NCBI RefSeq assembly: GCF_021028975.2
Contig: NC_059433.1
Coordinates: 46,252,001 to 46,316,000, forward strand
DNA from: Sphaerodactylus townsendi
Lineage: Eukaryota
Length of the DNA stretch: 64,000 nt
Reading direction: 5' to 3'
The position numbers and the translations under genes are program-made. The notes under the pieces are model-generated. The model was given only the letters and a program-made list of their open reading frames with translations, did no database searches and had not been told where the DNA came from. Below are positions 48,401-60,400 of this stretch, one piece after another (position 1 is the stretch's first letter; each line of letters begins with the position of its first letter).

Positions 48401-51400
48401 CAAGGTTTTCACTCTTACTACAACTATTAAATTAGCATAGGAAGGTGTGTGTTGTCAGTGGCTGCTCTTGTACATGATAATGGTGCACTTCCTGTATATG
48501 TGAGTTCTGCACAGAAGTGCTGAATTGTTGTATCCCTTGAGCTTCCTGGCCTTTTGCCCCTAATGATTTTTCCTTTGGTATAGATGTATAATTTACATAA
48601 GCTGTTAATTTAGGATGCTTTTCATATATCTGATTAAATAAACTGTGATTGATGAACATGCATGTCTCAATAAGTCTGCTCGTTTTATGATACTGCAAGA
48701 CACCTTTTTGTTTTGGCAGCAAATGTGGCTGTCCCTCTTGAATATGTTAGCTGTTTTTTTAATTCATTGTGGACTTTGCTGCATGTTTTCCATTAGTGTA
48801 ATTTGTAGTAGAATCTGTCTCATGTTTATCGTTGCTTATTAACAGATAACTATCTCTTCAGTTTCCAGTCTTGATCAATATTACACCTCAGTATCGATAA
48901 AGATCAGGGATCACTAAAATGGAAGAGTGGCCTACAGGCAGCTTATTTGACTTACTTTTATGCCTCTCTTTTTTTGGTCAAAATACCCTCCTTCCATGTA
49001 GAATTCAGCGAACCAAGCCCATTTAAATCAGCTAGTTTAGGCATGCTGAACTCTGCCAAAGATTGTGCTACAAATATTTAATAACAGCTGTTATTCTTAA
49101 TGTCATTCCAGGATTTTCTGAACTTCATTTCAGACAGCCCTCAACTAGAATATACTCAAGAATGCAAGGTATGTTGAATAAATATTGAGTTAACCACTTT
49201 CATACAATATATTGTAACTTCTGTTAATCCAGCAGTTCGAAAAGCCAGCTGCAAAGTGCATTGAAAGTGGTTTGAAAGTGCATTTTCTTCATGTGCGGAA
49301 GGGGTCTAAGATAGAGAAAGTGCTTTAAAGCAACACTGCCTAGATGTAAGTCCCACTGAATAGTGGAACTTGTATGTGAGTAAACATATCTAAGTTCCTG
49401 TTTACTATTTCTTTTCCATAAACTGTTAACTATTTGCCTGTTTACTATTTCTTTGCCATAAGTGCTGAAGAATTCTTGAGATAACTTCCTTTTGTGTAGC
49501 AACAAAAATGCATAAACTTGTTTTCCTAGTGCACAACCCTTTTGGGAGCTAGAGATATGTACCTTAATCCTGAAGTGGCATGTGGACTTAAAAATGGAGG
49601 GAATATTTTTGTAAATGATTTTTTATGTATATAGAAAGCTTCTCCCCACATTGAAGTGAATGGAGAATCCTAATTACCGTATAAACTTTCGTATAAGCCA
49701 AATTTTTTCAGCCTTTTTTAGGCTGAAAAATGTCCCCCTCGGCTTATACGCAGGTCACTCCCTCCTCCCCGCGCAGAGCCACAGCGCTTACTTATGAGTG
49801 GCGAAGCCTTGTCCCTCCACTAACTCACGCTTTCTTTCTTGCAGGCTCAAAGTTTAAGGCGTTGTTTCAGGGAAGCTGCTGGCTTTCTTTCTTGCAAGCT
49901 CTAAGTCTATAGGGAAGCTGCCGCTCGAGGCAGCCTGTCTGTGGCTAAGGAAACCATAGACAGGCTGCCTCAAGCGGCAGCTTCCCTGTAGACTTAGAGC
50001 TTGCAAGAAAGGAAGCCAGCAGCTTCCCTGAAACAACGCCTTAAACTTTGAGCCTGCAAGAAAGAAAGTGTGAGTTAGTGAGGGGAGGAGGAATTCTCTG
50101 CTTCGCTTTCTCCTGCTTTTAGCCACTTTCCCTCTCCCCAGACTCGTGCGCGCCGCCTCGCCCCTCCTTAAAAAGCCTCCCAAAGGCTTCTGGGGTGCTC
50201 GTTTCCTCCAGCTGTGGCTCCTTTGCCGGCTCAGCACCCTGCCTCCTGATGGATCTTTCCCACCCTCGGCTTATATGCGAGTCAATAAAATTTCCCAGTT
50301 TTTTGAGGTAGAATTGGTTGCCTCGGCTTATACACAAATATATATGGTATGTACACAGTATGTACATATGTTAAGCTCAGGGCTTAGTACTCAATCAAAA
50401 TTTTATTTATCGTCAAAGAAAAATAATTATAAAATATATGAAACAAAGCACATTACATTTTTGGATGTTTTATCACGACATTATATCTAATACATCTAAT
50501 TTAATTTAAAAGCAATATGATTTAGATCTAATTTAATTTTTTTTCATTCTGTTCCATTTGCTAATACTGTCAGACATACCAGTAAACTATAATACCCTAA
50601 CTTACATGAAGTTTTATGCATATTTGTCTATTTTAAATTCAACTGAATGTTATTTGTCATTAAAGACCAAGAATGCCAACATTTTAGGATTCTGTTGGAC
50701 AAGCTCTGCAGAAATTGTCTTCATAACAGATCAAGGAATTGAATTTTATCAGGTACATAAAATAATTGTCTGAATTGTTTTGCTGAATTGTTTTGAGTAT
50801 TTTTACCTAAAGAAATTTTGAATTTGATACCAGAATGAAACAGCTAAAGTGTTTTTAAAAGTGCACTGTTGGTTGCTGCTATTTAAAGCATCATATATTT
50901 GTGTACACATTCCACATTTAACAATAATTCTTTTAAATAGGCACCATAGAGTTTTAAACATTACCTAGAACTCTCAGCATTGCCTTATATTTACTTAGCC
51001 TTCCTTCTAGTTCGAAGATCAAGGTTGCTGTCTTCAGTTTACAATCTACAAGGTGATTTCCAGAACATAATTCCAGCTAATATTGTAGGAAGGGCAGCTG
51101 CTGAGTTAGAAGTCAGGATTGGATTGCTTACTAGTAGTTATGCCTTCTGGTTTATTCATAGTTCCTATCATGGGAATGACTCACATATGGGATTTTTTTT
51201 TATTGTTTTGACTGGATTTTTGTTTCCATTCATGATCTGCTGTAGAATATAACACAGCTGTTGAATGTAACACATCCTGGAATACTGGACCTTCTGGACT
51301 CCTTGTAAAAAAACCCCACACTCTTTGTTATATTTGTAACTTTGTATGTGTATATCTTCCAATTGAGTCTAATATTTTATGTGTGAACTCTAGCTCACAT

Positions 51401-54400
51401 AAGCATATGCCACAATAAATAGATTAATCTTCAAGTGTTTCGAAGCTTTGTTCTTTTAATTTAAAATAGTTACGGTAGTTACTCCAGTTTCTTCCTTGGG
51501 TTTTTGATCTGATTCGTTGTGCCTTGTTTTAAGCAGGTATTTGTATATAAGATGGTCTTGATGGTTTAATTTATCTCCATTTGAGAATCTACCCACCTAG
51601 AGCAAATCTTATGATTGGAGGCCTTATAATGTGAATTATTAACTACAAAGTATGTGTTATATTCAGTGGTGGGATTCAAATAATTTAACAACCGGTTCTG
51701 TTGGTGGGTTTTAATTAATTTAACAAGCAGTTGTTTACAAGAGGCATTTTAACAACCGGTTCTGCCGAAGTGGTGCGAACCTGCTGAATCCCACCACTGG
51801 TTATATTTCAGCATATGTACTTCAGCATATATGTATGTAAAGCTTTACATTATGTCTTCAGGTATTACCAGAGAAACGAACATTAAAACTTGTGAAGAGT
51901 CAGAATATCAATGTGAACTGGTATATGTACTGCCCTGAGAGCTCCGTTATTCTACTATCAACCACAGTTCTTGGAAATGTTCTGCAGCCATTCTATTTCA
52001 GGGTAAGAAAGTAATATTAAAGCACCCAGCATTATTCTCCTCAGCTGCCTGAGGGGCTTTGTAAAGTTATCCTGGTAGAGATAAATCTTAAAATAACTAA
52101 AATAGCCTATCTGCACGTCATTGAAAACATTTTGAAAATGTCTGCAAAATGTTTAAACCCCCCCCCCCCCCCCCATTTCTTCACACTCACCTCCTTGAAA
52201 AGATTCCTGGCCATCATTTTGTGGTCGTTCCTTTTTTTTTTTTTACACAAATCTGTAAATCCAATGGTGTGAGGCTTCAAATCCTCATTCTATGATTCTC
52301 TCGGGGTTGTGTCTTCAAAGCTAGGGAGACAGTTATTTATGTGGACCATTAAGGCTAATAGCATATATTTCAAGTTGCATTATTAGGTTTAAAACAAAGG
52401 GTTTCATTGAGTTGTTATTGTGTTTTGATTGGGAGGAGAAGTATTAGAGTAACCTTATCCTTGTTGCTAGAAAATCATGATACTTACTAAAAGAGAAACT
52501 ATGTGTGATTATATGCAAAATCTTTTGTAGGGTGGAGCTATGTCAAAGCTGTCCAAGTTTGAAATTGAATTGCCCGCAGCCCCGAAGGCATCCAAACTCA
52601 GCCTTTCAGAGAGAGATATTGCTATGGCTACCATGTACGTATTGCTGTGAACAAGTTTCCCCTTTTCAGTTGACCCTTTCTTACATTGCAGAAAGATGGG
52701 ACTTGGTGGTGTTCTGCTTAACAGTTAACTGCTCTGAAATTCCATTGCTTTTAATGAACAGAAAGAAGGAAAAACTTCAAGGATTAGTAGAAAACAAAGC
52801 AGCTTCCTGTGTTTTGAATGAAATGCCCTTCCTCAAGTGCAGCTGAAAGGAAGAGCTTGAGAAAGTCACACATTCTGTTTGCAAAATGGGCAGCACTACC
52901 CAATAAGCCGGGTGCCTGGCTACAGTGCTACCAGCCTACCACTCCCATAGAGGCTTCTCAGCAGCATGGAGAGGCTGAAGTGCAAAAAACCCACCCTGGG
53001 AAGCCCCACTGGGCTTGATGCATTTATAGCACCTTTTTGGTGGTGTAAGTCCTAAGCCTAGGCCACCAGTATAACACTGGGCACCGAGTTGCCAGTGCAA
53101 TAACTGGTGCCATGTCCCACTGCTGGGGAGGACCCCGGAGAGCGCAAATCCACAGCTGCAAATGGCTCCCACCAACAGATTTGGGCTACAACTCATTAGG
53201 CAAGCCAGAGAGAACTTAATGCCTCTGTACTGAAAAATTACTTGGTATTTCTACTTGTAGTTATCAAAGAGTGTAAGAGTGATATCTCTAAGGCAGGAGC
53301 ATATTTTTTACCTCTGAAGAAGAGTTGAGCTTCAGTATCTCATTCACTTTTAGTGAGTCTCCGCTCCTTTCATTTCTTGGATTTGTTCTTTTTGATGTTC
53401 CATTAATTTGTGGTGCAAGAGAGAGGAGCAGATCTTTAATTGTCTCCCACTGAAATCAAGCTAGGTCTTTGTTGGTCCTTTTATAATTATCTGTTAATAA
53501 GCAATGATAAGTCTTCCAGTAGTAGGGAGATCAGTTTAAAACATTTAGTATTTTACCCCGATCTGTATTACCACAATCTTAGAAAATAGAAGACCGTCAA
53601 TATTCAGGAATCAGTTTTTGTAGACTCTCTAGATGGTAAGTGTATAGCTTTATCTTCTGTTTTTACTTGGAATATTTCTGTTTTTGAGAGAATAGGATGT
53701 AAGAGCAATGGGAGAGATGAAGGATTTTAGAAGGAACATTATTAAGAGTGGAATCCCTAAAGGAGGCAATTGAATTCCTCTGTGGGAAGGCTTTTCTTGA
53801 CAATTGTTAACAGAGAACTGTAAGGGTTTACTGAGGATGTGATCCAAGCAAGTGGTGCTGGATGACCTATATGACCTTCACAGATTAATTTCTGGTACTG
53901 TGAGTAGTTTAACTGTGTGAATTCCCTACAGAAGAAAGTGATATGGCGGAAAATGTACAGAGCAATACAACATGCAACAAACAGACAATAAACTCCACCC
54001 TTATTTCTCTAAAAATCTGCTCATGCCTGTATGCAAAATGTAATTTTCATTATTCTTTCTTCTTAGATATGGGCAGCTTTATGTTCTCTATTTGAGACAT
54101 CACTCAAGAACATCTAATAGTACAGGAGCCGAGGTAGTCCTTTATCATTTACCAAGGCAAGTTTTTTCTTCATAGTACATCCATAACATACATAAAACCT
54201 TTATTAGGCATAATACCACTATAACAGCTGGCATTATTTCTTCATAGTAACTTTGATCTTTAATTGTATGATGCAGAATAAGAGTCAGATTGTTGGCGAT
54301 AATGTTTCCCCTCTTCCCCTAACTCATGTTAATATTATAGGGAAGGCTCTTGTAAGAAGCTGCATATACTGAAGCTATACAGAACGGGCAAGTTTGCACT

Positions 54401-57400
54401 AAATGTTGTGGATAATTTAGTGGTAGTTCATCATCAGGATACTGAGGTATTGTTTTTGTTTCTGTTTCCTTTATATCTTTTCCATTAAAGTACTTCATAT
54501 TTCTTTGTTTGCTTTTTCCTAGCTGACTTATGGGAACTATTTGAAGTTTATTGATAATGAATGTCCCATGCTTGAGAGTAGGGTATAAATATGGTGCAGT
54601 CTTCAAACAGTCTATGCATCATCAGAGGAGTCCCCAGGTATGCAGAAAAATATTAGCTCACTTCTTTGAAAAAAGAACCTCCTATCCCTCCTGAAAAGGA
54701 CCAACAAAGACTGAGCATGCCAGTTTCCATCTGGGAGCTGGTCAGCCCCATCCAAAGCCAGAAACAGTGGAATGTGATGCCAATGCAGCCCTTCCCCACC
54801 ATCTCCAAGATGGCTTTGCAAAGGCACAGGGAGCCAAAAAAAGTTCAAAAGCCTCCTTGTCCAGAAAGCCCTATAGGGTTTACAGGACTTTGAAGGCCCA
54901 AAACCTTGGCAGGGAGATGACTAATGTTGGATTAGCTTCCGGGAACATTCTGGCCCAGCCTAGCCCCTGCTGGTGTCGGTTCAGAAGGGCAGTGCAGCTC
55001 TGCTGTAACCCAGTCTTCTGTCTTCTTGCTCCACTGGAGTCCGTCTGCCTCCTCCACTGGAACAAGTGACCTGGCAAGGGCAAGCGTGCCACCATAAGGT
55101 GGTGGTGCTCCCTCAACCCCTCCCCCCCTTTGGATGAACATTAAAAGCAGTTGCGTATCAGTTAATGGGAGAAGGGCAATCTGGCATACATGATCCACTA
55201 TTTGTTCTCGGAATCCTAGATGAGACTAGATCAGTGATTATACTATAAGATACACATTCCCTATTCCACTTTTATTTCCTCCCATACCCAAGCCTTGTAT
55301 AATAATAAGCTTTTAGTAGCTCTGGCCATGTTGAAGCTAAATAATTTTTGGTGAGGGCATGGAAAAACGCTTTCTGCATTTCCATATTTAATTGTAACAT
55401 TCCTTCTCCACCATACTCCTTTAGCTGAGAGGCTATTAGAGCCCCTAACCAAGAAAAATAACACAAGAGTAATAATCAGAAAAACACCTAACCATAAAAC
55501 TGGAATTCAGCAACCGAATGGAACTTAGCCGGACCTGGGCAACAGGATAATTTCTTAAATTTTGCTGGAGGACTAGTGGGGGGGGGGGGGGGCAGAACCT
55601 GTCAATATCTTTGATTCTTACCCAGTATCACTGACTGTGACTTGTTAGAGGAGAGGACCCAGATACTTACAGTTCTCTTAGCCAATCCATTCCTAAACTG
55701 CAAATTGGAGGAGACCCCCTGGAAAAGGCTTCTGTGTCACTGCTTAAGTGAATAATCCATAGAGGAGGCCTCATTCCAGTATAAGGGTTTTTGCCTTTGG
55801 GGTGAATTTGCATGTGCAGTACAGTGTATAAAATATTTATTGTTCTGAAAAGCTGAAGCTAATATTTAATTGACCACCGATGCATGTTTAAGTGTATCAA
55901 TTGGGCAAATACCAACTAAAATCCAGTATGTGATCTAAGGAAGATTTGTTCTGGAAAAATATAGATAGCTCATACTAGATCTGGGCTTTTACAGGCAAGA
56001 GTTAAAAATAGAAAGATACATTGAAGTTGTGTTCAAAGGTTGACAACCGTAAATAAAAACAATTGCGTATGAATTCATTTTGAGGTCTGTCTCAAAGAGA
56101 ACTTGTATATTTTCCATTTTAGACCTCACTCATATTTGATATTAAGCTAAAAGGAGAATTTGATGGCACAGTCACCCTTCATCAGCTTGTACTTCCAGCT
56201 CGATCTATACAACCATATCAGATTCCTGTGGCAGGTGGGATTCTTACTTAACTCACTTGAAAATCCAGTAGGTACACACAGTTGATACACATTGGAGTTA
56301 ATCTTGTCCTTACCATGCTCCATAACCTTTTACAAATGTTGAATGATTTGTGTCATACCCAGGATAGAAAGGGGCACTTTGACCTATAAATAACATTTGC
56401 ACCAATTCTGAGAAGTCCTTTGACAGGTTTTCATACATGTGTGCATGCACACACACACGCACACATAGGTGAAATGGGCTGGCTAGGTCTTCCACATCCT
56501 TTACCTTCTCCCAGTCTATTTCAGCTTCTCTGTAAGTCTTATTTTTCCTGTTGGTTTCTAATATTTGGTTACAAAATATGTTGCAGGAAGATTGACAATG
56601 TAGATCATTACTGTTATTGCTGTGGGTGTTATTCAGCAAGTCTCCTCGATAACAGATTTGTGCAGCCAGATTTCATTCAGTTTTTAAAAGTGTTGTGATC
56701 CTACTAGACCAGTCCTTTATCCCTACAATAAATAATGCAATTCCCTAGGAAAATGTTTTTGTTTGCCAGAGGTCCTTTCTTAGGAAAAGATGTCAGAGGC
56801 CTGTGCAACAAATAGCCAACCTGTGCTTTTATTGGCCATAAAGAGAGAGGTGGACCTAGATCACTCACTTGTGAAGCTACCTTCAGGAGACAGTTGAGGA
56901 TAGCTTTATTTAGGACTGCATTTGACAAATTTATTTTTTACTTGATCATCGATGAAATTGAGTTTTTAAACTGTGGTCCATTAGGTGCTTTTTTTGTTTC
57001 ACTGATATTGTAAGCCACCCTGAGTTCTGCAAAATCAAGAAACCCTGAGTTCTGCAAAATCAAGAAACATTTTAAATAAATAAATGAATTAAAGATCTCC
57101 TGCTGCAAGTCATTCATCATCTTTGGCAACATATGATATATTTTGGAAATTGGAGCCTTATAGCATTGCAACTATAATTTCCTGTGTCCTCTCATTCAGG
57201 TTTACTCTATTTAAATATTCTACTGCATGTTGTAATATTCTTATATTATAGCCTCAGTTATATAAGAAGTCTTAACTACTCTACATTATAGTTGACGTAA
57301 TTGCTGTTTATTTAAAATTAATATTTTGTGGCCTGTTAGCACTAATGCAATATCTTTTCCCACACGTAGGCCCTGCTGCTGTAACCAGCCAGTTTCCAGT

Positions 57401-60400
57401 TCCTTGTAAACTCTGTATCCTTGAAACAGTGTTAGTCATGTCCTGATATGCAGCTGTAGATCTTGGCTTTCTTCTGTAAGCTCCATCTGTGTAATTCTCA
57501 TAGATGTGCAAATTAATAATTATGAATCACTGCTAGAAGTTTACAGTGGTAAACAAGGCAAGTCACATTTTGGGGAGCTAAATTTTATTAAATCACAGAA
57601 ATCTTTATAATGCAGCTTTAAATGGAATATTAAAAATTCTGAGTTGATGATACCTGATGAGACCTCTCAGGGAACAATGTAACACACTTTTTGAAATTAG
57701 AAAACAAGGTGGAATTTCTGTTAAATGCACCTGCTTATGAAATTCTGCTCAGCTTCAAAAGAAGTTGTGTCACGGGGGCTGTTGTCTGAGAAACAAGTCT
57801 AAATTGCTCTAGTATTTGGAAATAGTTGCATGAATCTTTGGATCCATGCTATGAACTGGAGTTAAGCTAGAAGAGGAAAAGGCTGATGGATATTAGTTGT
57901 GAATTTTGTTTAACCTTTAGATTCTTCATCCTGGATTGTCTTTCAGCCTGACATTATAATCAGTGCAAGTGAAGGTAAGTGTGAAGCTGTCACAAGTTTT
58001 ATTTATTTAGTTAATTTAGATTAGATTACTCTTATTAAACTCTTTCAGAAAGATTCTTTTGTTAATCACAGAGACCACAACTTCTGAAGCTCATATGTCA
58101 CTAATTTTCCTTTACTTACGTGTTTCTTTGGGTTTTGTAGGTTACTGCTTGTTTTCTAGTGTAAAATATGGAATATTTTCACTTGTTTTTAAAAGATACG
58201 TTTAGTGAATTTTTGGAATATCTGAGCGACTGGGTAACTTGTTAAACATTAATGACCAATGCTCTAATTAATAGTGGCAAAATATGACCATAAAGAATCT
58301 GCCTTCATCTTCTTGATTCTGATATTGCAGCTTGACATATTTATCGAAATATTTTGACAAGGACAATATTGACTTTAATTATCAGCTTTCTTAAAATGAT
58401 TATTGTTTGTTTTGTTACAGCAAATTTCAGTTCCCCATGAAAAAAGACGTTTGTTTTTTTTAATTGCAGGTTATCTTTGGAATCTGCTGGTGAAACTTGA
58501 ACCAATAGTGAATCTGTTACCAGATAAAGGAAAGCTAATGGATTTTCTTCTTCAGAGGAAAGACTGCAAAATGGTTATTCTTTCAGTGTGTTCTCAGAGT
58601 AAGCAGTTAATTTCAGTTTGCAGACTCTATTTATGTAGGGAAAGGCTTTTAGGAAAATAATATCTTATGATGCCTTAAAACATTGATAAATGTATTGTCC
58701 ATAAACTTCCATGATCCAGCTTGGTTTGTTAGATGAAGGGATGGCCCCATTAAAGTTTATGCTGCAATAAACTTGTTGAACATTAATTTGCCACAAGACT
58801 GTTATTTTAACTGCAGCAAACTAACATGGCTACCCCCTCTTGTAATTTATGAATGTACTTCCAAAGGTAGATATTTTGCACACTGTCCTGTTTCCTATAG
58901 AGCATGTATATATTAACTAGCCTATATTTTTGTATTGTATCAGTTTTGAAGAGCAGTACTCTTGATATCACCTTGGAAGCTAGCTGGTTTGTTGAAACAG
59001 ATTATGAGTTGAGAAGCTACTCTAAGAACTGATATCCAGAATTTAATGAACAAATTTTCTGTTCCAGTGCTGAGTGAGCCAGACAGAGGGTCACTGGGTG
59101 TGATTGCCACTGTGTTTGACAAACTCAATAATGAATATAAGAAATACCTGGAAGCAGAGCAGAGTTATAATATGGTAAGTTATTAACATTATTATTTCAT
59201 AGCTGAGTATTTTATACAGTCTGTTTCAAATTTGCAGACTTCTTCAACACATGATAAAAACAGCACCTCTTTTTTGTATGCATACAAATACATAACCATA
59301 ATTTGTGTAGCATTAAAAAGTGGTGTACTCAGACATTGAATACTTTTTTGATATTTTATTATGAAAATGTGTATAATCAAAATTCCATTTTAAATTTAAT
59401 TGTATTTATTAAATGGAGTGCTTTAGTTTTTGTTAAAAATTAAAAGTCTGTGCTCAAGGTTCTGTCTACATTCCCCTTTAGGACTAGAAGCCAGATCTTA
59501 AAAGGCATTATTTGAATGTGTTCGAATAATTAAATGGAAAATAAATACCAAGTAAAGATCTAGCAGTACGTACAATGACATTTCGCAAGTGTCCTTTTTC
59601 AAATATATGTTGCTTAATCTTTAATAAAGCTCTTTTAATATATGTTGCTTAATCTTTAATAAAGCTCTTGGGATCTTTTATAGGCATTAGAAATGGGACA
59701 GAGCAGAAGCAATCCGCCCCCCAAACGACCAGTCCGTACCCAGGCAGTTATTGATCAGTCAGACATATATACGCACGTCCTGTCTGTGTTTACTGAAAAA
59801 AAGGTTGGTTAATTCAGAGACTTTGGAATGTTGCTTTGCCTTTGTAAGTAGTTCAGATTCAAGTCCCATGTGAGAGAACGAGAAGTAATTTTACAATTCA
59901 ATCCCATTCAGAGTTACTCTTGTTTAAAGGTGTATCCTTTCCAAAAATTTTGAAGCCATGAGGGAAAAACAAATTTAATGAAGAATTGAAATATCCAGCT
60001 GATAGCCTGTCAAACTTATTTAACTGCTTTACTGTTAAATGTACTGGTTTGAATCTCATCAGGTCACATGCCCAAGAGGGGCCAAGTTTGCCAAATTTGG
60101 CCCTCCCATGGCAGCCCTCCAGTCCTAGGAACAGCATTCTGGGGAATGTTTCAGACTGCAGCAATAAGAGGGAGGCAAGAAAGTCACACTCACAGAATAA
60201 AAACAAAGTAGCTAATATAGCTAATATTTCAGAGAGAGAGAGAGCTGAAAACTGCAGCCCCCTACATAAATTCAAATCTCTTTAATTTTTGACATCTGAG
60301 AAAGATAGGAAAAATGAAAGTTGAAAACAAATTTTTCACTGAAAGGTATTGCTGGGACAAAAACAGTATCGTACAGTCACCAGGGCTACCAGCCTATTCA

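Noticed and set aside
59931-59940. Second U12-like donor GTATCCTTT in RMC1 intron 15
   Set aside because: Exon 15 ends at a normal donor at 59803 by homology; no matching U12 acceptor identified
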